Source: an uncultured bacterium
GTDB taxonomy: Bacteria > Actinomycetota > Acidimicrobiia > Spongiisociales > UBA5794
Length of the DNA stretch: 64,000 nt
Direction of reading: 5' to 3'
Assembly (NCBI GenBank): GCA_963801165.1
Contig: CAWDDT010000003.1
Span: 64,001 to 128,000 of the forward strand
The translations under genes were made by a program, and so were the position numbers. The notes beneath the pieces are model-generated. The model was not told the origin of the DNA. It did not search any database and saw nothing but the letters and a program-made list of their open reading frames with translations. Shown one piece after another: positions 9,488 through 18,789 of this stretch. How positions within the stretch are numbered: the first letter of the stretch is position 1; each line of letters opens with the position of its first letter.

Positions 9488-10693
9488 CTAGGACTCGGCG
9501 CGATCGGCGAGCACGAGCAGCAGCTCGAACCGGGTGGTGGCGTCGTCGAGGTCATCTCCGAGCAGGTCGCGCAGCTGTCTGATCCGGTAGCTGACGGTCT
9601 GCGGATGAACGTGTAGCTCGACGGCGACTGCGGTGCGGGAGCCCCAATGGCGCAGCCAACTGTGGAGAGTCTCGAGAAGTCGCTGGCGGGTTGTTTCGCG
9701 CAGGTCGACAAGAGCGGAAAGTCTGCGCTCGGACAGGAACGCGAGCGCGCTCTGCTCACCGCGCAACGCCAGCGTCACCAGATGATCTTCAACGAAAATC
9801 GGGTCGTCTGAATCCGGCGCCTCTACATTCCGGTCGGCGGCGAGTTGCGCTGCGAGCTCGGTGAGCCGGACTGCCTGGGGCAGACGTGCCCAGTTGACGG
9901 TCGGTCCGACCACGGCACCCCGACCGTGCAGGGTCTCAGCGAGTTGGGCTCGTGACGAAAGTACGCCCCGGCGAAGTATGAGCACGGAGTCGTGCTCACG
10001 CTCGGTGACGACCGCCTCGCTGCGGTAGTGGAACCGGGCGTGTCTTGTCTGCTCGGGTGGCAGGATGACCGGCACCAGGGCGTCGATCCGCCGCCACCCG
10101 ATGCCGTCCGCCGCCGCCAGGATCGCTCGCTCGGGGGTGCCGCCACGCAGCAGCAGCTCGGACAGCAGCCGGCGTCGCCGGTCACTTTCGCCCGCCTGCT
10201 CGCGCAGCTGGAGGGTGAAGCCGTCGGTACTGGCCGCAGCCAACTCGTCGACGAAAGTCGTGATCGCGTCGGATAGATCAACGAGGTCCTCCGTGTCGAT
10301 CGGTCGGACCCTGGACAAGGCATCGGACGTGGTACGCATCAGCACACGGGCAGCGGTGCGGAGGGCAGAAAGCAGCGTCTCAGGGGTGCGATCCTCCCGG
10401 GCTTCAGCAGCACCGAGCTCAACGAACGTCTCCCGGACGCGCGCCGGCAGGGCCGCGTCGTCGGTTCCGACGAGCTCGAGAAACCGTTCCAGAGCCACCC
10501 GGACACCGCGTTGAACATCCATGGCGAGTTTTGCATTGTCGGCGAGTTTTGCGTTGTCGGCGACACCGGGGATGGCGGCTGTGATCTGATCGGCGATGGC
10601 CCGAACGGTGGCATCCAGCCGGCTGCGCAGGGCCGGGCCCAGTTCCAGCGGCAAGCGCTGCCACGGAGTCGACGATACGGCTGGGACGGTCAT
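9488..10693 (-). CDS. PucR/CdaR-family transcriptional regulator
   Basis: C-terminal LLETLHSWL...AVELHVHPQTVSYRIRQLRDLLG; start taken at ATG 10693. Confidence 0.9.
   Translation of the reverse strand: MTVPAVSSTPWQRLPLELGPALRSRLDATVRAIADQITAAIPGVADNAKLADNAKLAMDVQRGVRVALERFLELVGTDDAALPARVRETFVELGAAEAREDRTPETLLSALRTAARVLMRTTSDALSRVRPIDTEDLVDLSDAITTFVDELAAASTDGFTLQLREQAGESDRRRRLLSELLLRGGTPERAILAAADGIGWRRIDALVPVILPPEQTRHARFHYRSEAVVTEREHDSVLILRRGVLSSRAQLAETLHGRGAVVGPTVNWARLPQAVRLTELAAQLAADRNVEAPDSDDPIFVEDHLVTLALRGEQSALAFLSERRLSALVDLRETTRQRLLETLHSWLRHWGSRTAVAVELHVHPQTVSYRIRQLRDLLGDDLDDATTRFELLLVLADRAES
10523..10558. repeat. 18-bp in-frame tandem duplication within the PucR gene (ADNAKL x2)
   Basis: ggcgagttttgcattgtc / ggcgagttttgcgttgtc. 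Confidence 0.9.
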
Positions 10694-10815
10694 AGAAGCG
10701 AATCTATCATATTGTGCTAGATCCTTCTTCGAATATCGGTCATTCGGGGACGTAGAAATGTCACGTTCCGTTTGCGATGATAGATAGTGACGCTGAGATG
10801 ACCAAGGAGGTCCCC

Positions 10816-13080
10816 GTGGAGCACCAGATGTCACGCCAGCACGTGGTCGATATGTGCCGCACCATGCTGGAAAGGGGCTACCTCAAGGCGACAGAGGGCA
10901 ATGTGTCCGTTCGGATTCCCGGGCACCGTCTTTATGCCGTCACTCCAAGCAACTACGACTACGACAAGATGCGGATCGATGACATCTGCGTCGTCGACTT
11001 CGACGGCAATCACATTCCCGATGAGTCGAGCCCTGTCATGGCGCCGTCCATCGAAGCCGGGATGCACGCCAATGTCTACCGGGCGCGCCCCGACGTCAAC
11101 GCCATCGTTCATACCCATCAGCCGTATGCCTCGGCTCTGGCGTTCCTGCGCAAGGAGATCCCGGCGCTGACCGACGAGCAGGTCCGCTTTCTCGGCAAGC
11201 GGGTGGCCATCATCGACTACGCCCCGTCGGGCACCGGGTTCCTTGCCAGGAAAGTCGAGAAGAAGATCGCGAGCGGAGACAACGCCTTCATCATCGCCAA
11301 CCACGGAATCGTGGCTCTCGGTACCGATCCCGTCCGGGCCGTATTCAACATGGCGTTGCTCGAGAAGGTCTCCATCGCCTATCTGCTGAGTCTCCTCACC
11401 GAATCGGGGAAGGTCTACACCATCCCGGATTGGGTGCGCGAGATTGCCTTCACCAAGCTGCGCAAGGACGAGAAGAGGATCGCCGCCCAGATCAGCGAAT
11501 CGGTTCCATCGGTGCGGGTTTCGACCGACGAGGAACTGCCCAGTGCCGACGCCGCCGCAGCCCGGATCGCCGCCGACGGCCCCACCGTACCGGAGACCCG
11601 TGTCGTCGAAGTTCCAGGTAGCGAATCGGCCCTTCTCGGCTATGCCATCAGCGAGTATCCGGATGTCGAGGACACCATGCGCCGTCTCGATGCCCTCGTG
11701 GCTCAGCCGGTGCGCGGGTTGAGACATGATGCTCTGCTCGACGTCCTCAACTACTTCGAGACGAAGTGCGCCGGCAGCAAGGAGATCACCGATCGGGCCA
11801 GAGCACGCATACCGGGCGGGGTGCAGCACAACCTGGCTTTCAACTACCCGTTCCCGCTCGCCATCGGCGGGGCAGAAGGCGCTCACCTCACAGACCGCGA
11901 CGGCAATACCTACATCGACTTCCTCCAGGCGGGTGGCCCGACCATTCTCGGCAGCAACTACGCACCGGTCAACGAGCAGGTGGCGGCCGTTGTCCGCCGG
12001 TCCGGGCCGGTCACCGGGCTGTTCCACGAGTACGAGCTCAAGCTGGCTGAGATCATCCACCGCTACATGCCGCACATCGAGATGTACCGGTCGCTCGGTT
12101 CGGGAACCGAAGCCGTGATGGCCGCCGTGCGCGCGGCCCGGACGTACACGGGCAACAAAATGGTGATGAAGGTTGGCGGCGCCTACCACGGCTGGTCGGA
12201 CACCATGGTCTACGGTTTGCGCGTGCCCGGCACGTACCGGATGAACGCCAAGGGTATTCCTTTCGGCGCCACCAGCCGTACCCGTGAGGTCTTCCCGCAT
12301 GATCTGGGCGCGCTGAAACGGAAGTTTGTCGAGAACAGGGCTCGTGGTGGGACCGCGGCTGTGATCGTCGAGCCACTCGGACCGGAGTCGGGGACCCGTC
12401 CCGTCCCCCCTGACTACAACGCCAGGGTCCGGGAGCTTTGTGACGAGTTCGGGTCTCTGCTGATATTCGACGAGGTCGTCACCGGTTTCCGGGTTGGTAT
12501 GGGCGGCGCCGCCGGCTATTTCGGCGTCACTCCGGACCTGACCGTGTTCGGCAAGGCGGTGGCGGGTGGCTATCCGATGGCCGGTGGTGTCGGTGGTCGA
12601 TCCGACGTGATGGCCGTCTTCGGCTCCGGGCTCGATGGGAAATCCGGCGCCCACATCCAGGTCGGCGGAACGCTGTCTGCGAACCCGCTGTCCTGTGCCG
12701 CAGGCTTCTTCGCCATCGAGGAGATGGCCCGGACCAACGCCCCGGTGATCGCCGGGCGCGCCGGCGACCGTCTCGCTCGCGGGCTACGGCGCCTGATAGA
12801 CAAGTACGGTCTTCCCTATGTGGTCTACAACCAGGGCTCGATCGTCCACCTCGAATGCAGCGGTGTCATGTTGCTCGACATGCACAACCCCGTGAAGTTG
12901 CTCAAGGAGAAAGACGTCCGCAAGGAGTTGATGGAGCAAATGGGAGCGGCGTATGCGGCACACGGCATCATCACGCTGGCAGGGTCCCGGATGTACACCT
13001 CGATGGCCGACACCGACTCGGTGATCGACGATGCGCTGGCCCGCTTCGACGCAGTATTCGCTCTCGTCGAAGGGGTGTAG
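10816..13080 (+). CDS. Fusion of class II aldolase/adducin domain and class III PLP aminotransferase (GSA aminomutase-like)
   Basis: SD AAGGAGG before GTG 10816; ATEGNVSVR, PSIEAGMH, HTHQPY, ANHG (Zn-aldolase); IPGGVQHN, SGTEAVM, FDEVVTGFR, VFGKAVAGG (PLP lysine). Confidence 0.9.
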   Translation: MEHQMSRQHVVDMCRTMLERGYLKATEGNVSVRIPGHRLYAVTPSNYDYDKMRIDDICVVDFDGNHIPDESSPVMAPSIEAGMHANVYRARPDVNAIVHTHQPYASALAFLRKEIPALTDEQVRFLGKRVAIIDYAPSGTGFLARKVEKKIASGDNAFIIANHGIVALGTDPVRAVFNMALLEKVSIAYLLSLLTESGKVYTIPDWVREIAFTKLRKDEKRIAAQISESVPSVRVSTDEELPSADAAAARIAADGPTVPETRVVEVPGSESALLGYAISEYPDVEDTMRRLDALVAQPVRGLRHDALLDVLNYFETKCAGSKEITDRARARIPGGVQHNLAFNYPFPLAIGGAEGAHLTDRDGNTYIDFLQAGGPTILGSNYAPVNEQVAAVVRRSGPVTGLFHEYELKLAEIIHRYMPHIEMYRSLGSGTEAVMAAVRAARTYTGNKMVMKVGGAYHGWSDTMVYGLRVPGTYRMNAKGIPFGATSRTREVFPHDLGALKRKFVENRARGGTAAVIVEPLGPESGTRPVPPDYNARVRELCDEFGSLLIFDEVVTGFRVGMGGAAGYFGVTPDLTVFGKAVAGGYPMAGGVGGRSDVMAVFGSGLDGKSGAHIQVGGTLSANPLSCAAGFFAIEEMARTNAPVIAGRAGDRLARGLRRLIDKYGLPYVVYNQGSIVHLECSGVMLLDMHNPVKLLKEKDVRKELMEQMGAAYAAHGIITLAGSRMYTSMADTDSVIDDALARFDAVFALVEGV

Positions 13081-13322
13081 CCGGCCCGGCTCAGGGGCTG
13101 GCCCTTTGCGTCGTGGTCGCGTGCGTAGGAGCCGATGGCTGTTCCGTACCGCCTGGTAGGCGTCCGACAAGCAGCATTCGATAGTCGGCTCCGGAATGTC
13201 GCCCTTCCGGGGTAGCCGGCGCTATGCCCGGGTCGGCAATTGGGGGGAGGAGGCTCTCGATTGGTGGTCGGTAGCAGGCCCTCGAAGCAGCAGGGTACTT
13301 TATCCGCCGGGGTGATGAGAAC

Positions 13323-13361
13323 GGATCGGGTGGTCGCCCGACAGGATCGGGTGGTCGCCCG
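13323..13361. repeat. Intergenic direct repeat, 18 bp x2 with 21-bp period
   Basis: ggatcgggtggtcgcccg-aca-ggatcgggtggtcgcccg. Confidence 0.85.
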
Positions 13362-13486
13362 GCATTGGACCCGCTCTGCCAGCCGCGGCGGTTGCACGGA
13401 AGGATCACATCCGTAATCCGCTCATGAGTATCAATAGTGCGTATGGAGCCTTCACATGCCCGTGGCGATGCACTAATGCTGAAGTC

Positions 13487-13771
13487 ATGGATATCACAGA
13501 GAGGTCTCGTTGGGCGCGAAGACCCTTGGCCACCGTCCTGATCCTGGCTCTGGTCGCGGTACTCGCCATGTTGCTAGGGCATTTTGCGTTGGCACTGGTG
13601 CTAGGCGGTGCCCTTCTCATCGGACTCGCGGCGTGGTTCGGCGATCCGCTCGTTGCCCGGGTCACGTCCGAGCACGACGCCGGCCGGGTACTGGTGTGGG
13701 ATCTGCTGCTCGTGGGCGTGGTCCTGCTTGCTCTGATCGGGATCGGGATGATGGCAGCACCGCTGCGCTAG
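13487..13771 (+). CDS. Small hypothetical membrane protein (about 3 TM)
   Basis: Hydrophobic ORF; ATG at 13487 chosen within ORF 13424..13771. Confidence 0.55.
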   Translation: MDITERSRWARRPLATVLILALVAVLAMLLGHFALALVLGGALLIGLAAWFGDPLVARVTSEHDAGRVLVWDLLLVGVVLLALIGIGMMAAPLR

Positions 13772-13774
13772 GAG

Positions 13775-14075
13775 GGTGTCTGGTTGGTGTCTTGTTCACG
13801 TGGATCAGCTACCCCTCATCAGTCGTAGATGACGAGGCACCCAGGAATCCGCAGCTCATTTGTTGTCACTCCCCGGATGAGTGGAGCGCGTCGGAGCGGT
13901 GGTAGTGCCACACCCGGGTACCGGTTCACCCGACCAATCCGTGATCGCCGGGCGCAGGCACCGGGTCCGCCCTGGGTCTCTTCAGGCAACAGAGTCAGTA
14001 GGCAGCCATCCCGGATGAGAAACGAGGCAGACCGCAAGCATCTCACCTGACTCTCATTCTGTTCTCAGGTGCCCC
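13775..14075 (-). mobile_element. Possible remnant non-coding end of an IS110-family element (transposase absent)
   Basis: Nested inverted repeats (GGCACC 13836-41/GGTGCC 14068-73; AGAGTCAG 13991-98/CTGACTCT 14047-54; TGAGA 14016-20/TCTCA 14041-45); minus-strand GAGGGG followed by GTG-AAC-AAG-ACA-CCA-ACC. The IS110 resemblance is from memory, not from a search. Confidence 0.35.
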
Positions 14076-14181
14076 TTAGCCGGCGGGCGAAACTTGGTGG
14101 TTTCGAGAGCTCGAAACCGAGATCTCGAACCGAACAACTCATCCGTTCCACCCGTGAACGGCAGGCAGGGAGGATTCACCG

Positions 14182-14808
14182 ATGCAATACCAGCCGGCCT
14201 CCGCGACCCCACGTAATCCACTGGGGTACCGCAGTTTCGTTCGAACATCAGCGCGATCGTCCCTGTCCTCGGGCATACGGATCATCGCTCTCATCGCCGT
14301 GCTCGGCATGGCGGCCTCCGCGTGCGGCGGTGGGGACTTGACCGAGACCACAACGACCACGACCGCTCCGACCGCCAGCAGTAGCACGACGGCAGCGGCC
14401 TCGACCACGACCGCCGCTGCTCCGGCCACGACCGCCGCTACTACGACCACGACCAGTGCCGCGAGCAGCACGACTGCCGCGACAACGACTACGACGACGG
14501 TGTCGGACACCGGCCTCCTCTCGGGGAAGTGGTCCGGGAATTACAGCGGCTCCTACGAAGGAACCTTCGACCTCACGTGGCAACAGTCAGGGTCGGCGTT
14601 GACCGGCACGATCACACTTCCCTCGTTGGGAGGCGACCTTGCTATCAACGGGACCGTGGACGGCGACACCATCCAGTTTGGTACCGTCGGCTCGCAGGAG
14701 ATCACCTATTCGGGCTCGGTCTCAGGGAGCTCCATGTCAGGCACGTGGGAGATGAGCGGTGCGGGCAGCGGCTCGTGGAGCGCCACCAAGACCTCCGACA
14801 GCCCGTGA
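14182..14808 (+). CDS. Lipoprotein with Thr/Ala-rich linker and small beta-rich C-terminal domain
   Basis: Signal peptide with lipobox ASAC-GGG, long T/A tract, LSGKWSGNY...MSGTW; true start probably downstream of 14182. Confidence 0.75.
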   Translation: MQYQPASATPRNPLGYRSFVRTSARSSLSSGIRIIALIAVLGMAASACGGGDLTETTTTTTAPTASSSTTAAASTTTAAAPATTAATTTTTSAASSTTAATTTTTTVSDTGLLSGKWSGNYSGSYEGTFDLTWQQSGSALTGTITLPSLGGDLAINGTVDGDTIQFGTVGSQEITYSGSVSGSSMSGTWEMSGAGSGSWSATKTSDSP

Positions 14809-14952
14809 TGCCGGATCGTGACGTCGGCGGGGGATAGGGACGACGGTTCGACCTCAGCTCCACACTTCAGGGCGTGCTCATTGAACGGTGACATTTCCCC
14901 GAGGGGCCCTACCGGGCCACCGGAGTAGCGGCCGGTGCGTCGATTTCTGGCG

Positions 14953-15735
14953 TCACGTCACCCGGTTCGCCAGAGATCCGACGTGGTCGATCTCCACCCG
15001 GATGACATCTCCCCGGGCCAGGTAAACCGGTGGTGTGCGGGCGAATCCGACACCGGGGGGAGTGCCGGTGGCGATGAGATCGCCCGGCTCCAGAGTGATC
15101 CCCTGGGATATGTAGCTCACCAGCGCGTCGACACCGAAGAGCATGAGCGCCGTATCCGATTCCTGCATCACCTCGCCGTTGAGCACACACCGGATGCCGA
15201 GGGTCTGCGGGTCGGGGACCTCGTCGGCCGTCACCACCCACGGGCCCACGGGACAGAAGGTGTCGAGTGACTTGCCCCTTGTCCATTGTCCGTCGCCGAA
15301 CTGGAGATCACGCGCCGAGACGTCGTTGACGCACGTGTAGCCGAAGACATACGAGCGGGCATCGGTCGCTGTGACCTTGCTGGTCCGGCGGGCGATGACG
15401 ACACCGAGCTCTGCCTCGAAGTCGACCTGATCGCTGAAATCGGGGAGCCGGATATTCTCGCTCGCACCGATCAAGCTGTTGGGCAGTTTGGCGAATATCA
15501 GGGGTTCCGGGGGCGGCGGGTCTCCGCTCTCGGCGGCGTGGTCGGCATAGTTGAGGCCGACACAGATGATCTTGGCGCCCCTGCCAACCGGTGAGAGAAG
15601 ATCCACCGCCGACAAGGCGATTGGTTCGCCGGCCGGTCTCGGGGCGAGGAGGTCGTCACCAGCCGGGACGATGGCGTCTCCGTCGATGACCCCAATGCTT
15701 TGTTTTCCCCGGTACCGGTACCGAGCTACCTTCAT
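14953..15735 (-). CDS. Fumarylacetoacetate hydrolase (FAH) family protein
   Basis: KIICVGLNYADH, VDFEAELGVVI, NDVSARDLQ, GKSLDTFCPVGP, TGTPPGVG; start MKVARY overlaps the upstream stop. Confidence 0.93.
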   Translation of the reverse strand: MKVARYRYRGKQSIGVIDGDAIVPAGDDLLAPRPAGEPIALSAVDLLSPVGRGAKIICVGLNYADHAAESGDPPPPEPLIFAKLPNSLIGASENIRLPDFSDQVDFEAELGVVIARRTSKVTATDARSYVFGYTCVNDVSARDLQFGDGQWTRGKSLDTFCPVGPWVVTADEVPDPQTLGIRCVLNGEVMQESDTALMLFGVDALVSYISQGITLEPGDLIATGTPPGVGFARTPPVYLARGDVIRVEIDHVGSLANRVT

Positions 15736-16754
15736 TTGGGCCCACCTTTGGGATCGTTGCCCAGGCCATAGGTGGCGGGGTCGAGCCTGCCATCGGCCAG
15801 ACACTCCTCGAAAACGTCGACCGTGGAGCGCACCGCCGTGTCGAGCGGCGTCACCAGCACCGGACCGATCTGTTCCAGCCCGGTGCTCTCGATGTCCGCC
15901 GGGAAGGGGAGTGCAGGCTCCGCCACACTGATGAGCGATGCCGCGTCGGGGATGACCCGATCTATCGCCTCCACGAACTCGTCAATTGACACCAGCGAAC
16001 CGGCCAGATTGAACACGTGGGCCCCGCTCAAGCCGCTCCGGGCTGCTTGCAGCAGCGTCGACGCCACATCCTCGGCGTATTGGAAAAGCGTACGGCCACC
16101 AAAGCCGATCCGGTAGGGGCGACCGAGGAGCGCGGCCAGGATCGCCTTGGTCGGGTCGCTGGTCAGTCCCTGGTCGCGCCCGGGGCCAAAGATGGTCATG
16201 GGTCGGAGGCCGATACTCGACAAGCCGTGCTCGAGCCAATAGACCCTGGCGTTTCCTTCGTTGGCCTGCTTGTAGACGCCATAGTGGCTCGCCGGGTGCG
16301 GTGTCGCGTTGGCAGCGAGATGCCCCGTCACCGGGTCACCGTCATCGACGTCGAATACGCCGATCGAGCTCGTGTACACGAGACCGCGCACCTGGTCGCG
16401 CCTGCGTCTGATCGCCTCGAGCACGTTCACCGTCCCCAGCACGTTGACCCGGGCTCCGAGCGGAGGATCGGCCCGGCAGAAGGGCACCTGGAGAGCGGCG
16501 AGGTGGACGACATGGGTGATGCCGTGCTCGGCAATTGCGGTTTCCACCGCGTCCAGGTCGGAGATGTCGCCGGTGAGCAGGGTGACCCGATCGAGCTCCT
16601 CAGGAGACAGCAGCAGACGTAGGCGTTTGGGCTCCCCGGCGAGATCGAAGCCGACAACCGGCGTGCCTGTGCGTACAAGGCATCTCAGTGTCCAGGCTCC
16701 GACGAAACCGAGTGCCCCCGTTACGAGGAACCGCTCATTCAAATCGTTCAGCAT
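15732..16754 (-). CDS. NAD-dependent epimerase/dehydratase (extended SDR)
   Basis: VTGALGFVG, HLAALQ, VNVLGTVNV, YGVYK catalytic motif; start may be TTG 16742. Confidence 0.9.
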   Translation of the reverse strand: MLNDLNERFLVTGALGFVGAWTLRCLVRTGTPVVGFDLAGEPKRLRLLLSPEELDRVTLLTGDISDLDAVETAIAEHGITHVVHLAALQVPFCRADPPLGARVNVLGTVNVLEAIRRRRDQVRGLVYTSSIGVFDVDDGDPVTGHLAANATPHPASHYGVYKQANEGNARVYWLEHGLSSIGLRPMTIFGPGRDQGLTSDPTKAILAALLGRPYRIGFGGRTLFQYAEDVASTLLQAARSGLSGAHVFNLAGSLVSIDEFVEAIDRVIPDAASLISVAEPALPFPADIESTGLEQIGPVLVTPLDTAVRSTVDVFEECLADGRLDPATYGLGNDPKGGPK

Positions 16755-16780
16755 GCTGGTTGATGGTTTAGATGCTGAAC
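16746..16780. promoter_or_regulatory. Inverted repeat, probable IclR operator at the start of the SDR-FAH operon
   Basis: GTTCAGCAT (16746-54) and ATGCTGAAC (16772-80); adjacent to an IclR gene. Confidence 0.55.
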
Positions 16781-16879
16781 GGTAGCGGTGGGTTCGATGT
16801 CGGTCAACCGTGCAACACTGCCCGGGGCGTCGTCATTGCCGTGCGCGACTCGGTCCAGGTTTACCAGCACTTCTGGTAC

Positions 16880-17689
16880 CTACGAGCTTGATTCGGCTGC
16901 GGGCCGCAGCTGGTAGCCCATCATCTCCGTCAAACGGAGAAGGTCGCCGGCGAGGGCGGCACGCCGCTCATCGTCGGTGCCGACCTTGACCAGGGAGACG
17001 CTTGCCGCGTGCCGATCCGAGCCAATGCTCACGGCCGGGAGGGCGACCGCGTAGCACACGATGCCCGGGGCGGTCTCCTCGTCGTCGATGGCGTACCCCC
17101 GTTTCCGCACCTTTTCGAGATCGGCCAGCAAAGCGGTGACGGTGCGATGAGAGCGGGGGGTGAGAACCGGCAACGGCTCCGCATCCACCAGCCGACGGTC
17201 GAGCTCATCATGCGGAAGCGAAGCGAGGGCGGCCTTGCCGAGGGCGGTGCAAGTTGCCGGCAGCCGTCGCCCGATCTCAGAAGCGAGGTGCACGGGCTGA
17301 CTGCCATCGTGACGTGCGATGTATATGACCTCGAGACCGTCGAGAACCCCGAGCTGCATGGTTTCCTGCGAGGCGACCTCGAGCTCGTCGCACGCACGGT
17401 AGAAGGCCCGGACCTCGTCAACACCGGCCAGATAGGCGCCTCCGAGCTCGGCGAGCCTGCGTCCCAAGGTGTATCCGGATCCGCTTCTGGACAGCAAGCC
17501 CGCCGCCACGAGAGCGCCGCAGATGTTGGACACGGACGACTTGGGCAGCGCGAGGCGGCGAGCGAGCGCGCTCGTTCCCAGCGCCTCGGTGGGAACGAGC
17601 GCCAGCAGGTCGAGGATCGCTGCGGCCCTGGTCACAGCGGGAGCCAGCGACTGGGCTCGCTCGGTGGCTTGATTGGAGGTCGCCATCAC
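16880..17689 (-). CDS. IclR-family transcriptional regulator
   Basis: APAVTRAAAILDLL HTH, IGRRLPATCTALGKA, VRKRGYAIDDEET. Confidence 0.93.
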   Translation of the reverse strand: MMATSNQATERAQSLAPAVTRAAAILDLLALVPTEALGTSALARRLALPKSSVSNICGALVAAGLLSRSGSGYTLGRRLAELGGAYLAGVDEVRAFYRACDELEVASQETMQLGVLDGLEVIYIARHDGSQPVHLASEIGRRLPATCTALGKAALASLPHDELDRRLVDAEPLPVLTPRSHRTVTALLADLEKVRKRGYAIDDEETAPGIVCYAVALPAVSIGSDRHAASVSLVKVGTDDERRAALAGDLLRLTEMMGYQLRPAAESSS

Positions 17690-17843
17690 GTTCGCTCCCG
17701 GTTGGGCATCGGATCATCCTCCCGCCGGCGTCGTACCATCTGGCTGTCGTACGCGTTGCCACGATAATGCGTTCAGTCGGGTTCCCCACGGAGGCGGTAT
17801 TCGCCGTTCACGAGCACGCCGCACCGACCGGCCGGAAGGATCG

Positions 17844-17882
17844 CGTCGTCGTCCAGCGTCGTCGTCCAGCGTCGTTGTCCAG
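17844..17882. repeat. 13-bp tandem repeat x3, intergenic
   Basis: cgtcgtcgtccag cgtcgtcgtccag cgtcgttgtccag. Confidence 0.85.
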
Positions 17883-18008
17883 CATCACTGGAACGTGATT
17901 ATCTGCTCCCGGCGACGCTCGTCGAGGTTGATCACGACCCGGAGGGGGTGGACGGTGATGGGTCCGCCCTCGCATCTCTTCGGAGTAGAAAGTGGCGAGG
18001 ACGTTCGG

Positions 18009-18614
18009 TCAGGGCATCCGACTTGCCGCGATGGTTGCCAGCTGCACGGTGGCGTCGAGCACGGTCCCGGGTCCGGACGGAAGGTATGCCACCTGAACGA
18101 AGATCCCCCCTATGTCCATCGCCACGATGCTCCCTTCAGCGGTGGCGTAGGTGCGGTCGGCTCCGGGAATGTCGACCGACTCGGTGGTGAGCCCGAAGAT
18201 GTCTTCGGAGCTGGACTTGTTCGAGTCGAACGCGTTGGCTCCGGCGTCGAGTATCAACACCTGGGCGGTGGCGAACTCCGAGCCCGTGGAGATCCAGTCG
18301 CATGCGGCCTGGCTCTCGCCGCTGATCGTCTCGTTGAGGGTTCCCTCGCCAAACTCGACGCCGGTAGCGGAGGTGATCTCATCCGCGGTCAGCAGCCCGC
18401 AAGGGTCGATGCCGAGACTGCCCGCGTCGCTCCCGGTGGTCTGGGTGGTCTCTGTGGTCTCGGTGGCCGGGGTCGTTTCCCCGGCCGCCGTGGTCTCGAC
18501 GGCGCCGCTGGCGGGCGCTTGGCTCGTCGATCCCGATTCGCCGGAGTCGGACGAGCAGGAGGCGAGGCTCAGCAGCAACAACAGCGCGATGAGCAGCTTG
18601 GGTATACGGGACAT
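18009..18614 (-). CDS. Lipoprotein, DUF3558-like
   Basis: Lipobox LASC, Thr-rich linker, DPCGLLTADEI and ACDW cysteine pair. Confidence 0.75.
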   Translation of the reverse strand: MSRIPKLLIALLLLLSLASCSSDSGESGSTSQAPASGAVETTAAGETTPATETTETTQTTGSDAGSLGIDPCGLLTADEITSATGVEFGEGTLNETISGESQAACDWISTGSEFATAQVLILDAGANAFDSNKSSSEDIFGLTTESVDIPGADRTYATAEGSIVAMDIGGIFVQVAYLPSGPGTVLDATVQLATIAASRMP

Positions 18615-18615
18615 T

Positions 18616-18675
18616 GTTACTCCTATTGGTGTTACTCCTATTGGTGTTACTCCGATTGGTGTTACGCCGATTGGG
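18616..18675. repeat. 15-bp tandem repeat x4 containing the Shine-Dalgarno of the lipoprotein gene
   Basis: gttactcctattggt x2, gttactccgattggt, gttacgccgattggg; minus-strand unit accaatAGGAGtaac lies directly before ATG 18614. Confidence 0.9.
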
Positions 18676-18789
18676 GACTCAGCCCATTTTGTCCACCGTC
18701 ATTAAGGCTGCGTGAAACCGGCGCGTACCGACCCGACGAGGCGCAGGGATTCTGCCATATGATGGACGGTAGCGATCGCATCCAAATGG

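Noticed and set aside
10831-12654. 607-aa antisense ORF and similar long shadow ORFs (e.g. 17673-18962, 21336-22595, 31265-32608, 50402-51523)
   Set aside because: They overlap well-supported genes, lack family motifs, and are expected from high-GC codon bias
10816-13080. Calling the fusion hemL or fucA
   Set aside because: The HemL substrate motif differs, there is no tetrapyrrole or fucose context, and the two-domain architecture fits neither
18616-18675. Possible CRISPR array (also 52867-52940 and 17844-17882)
   Set aside because: Units are 13-15 bp, directly adjacent with no unique spacers, and no cas genes are present
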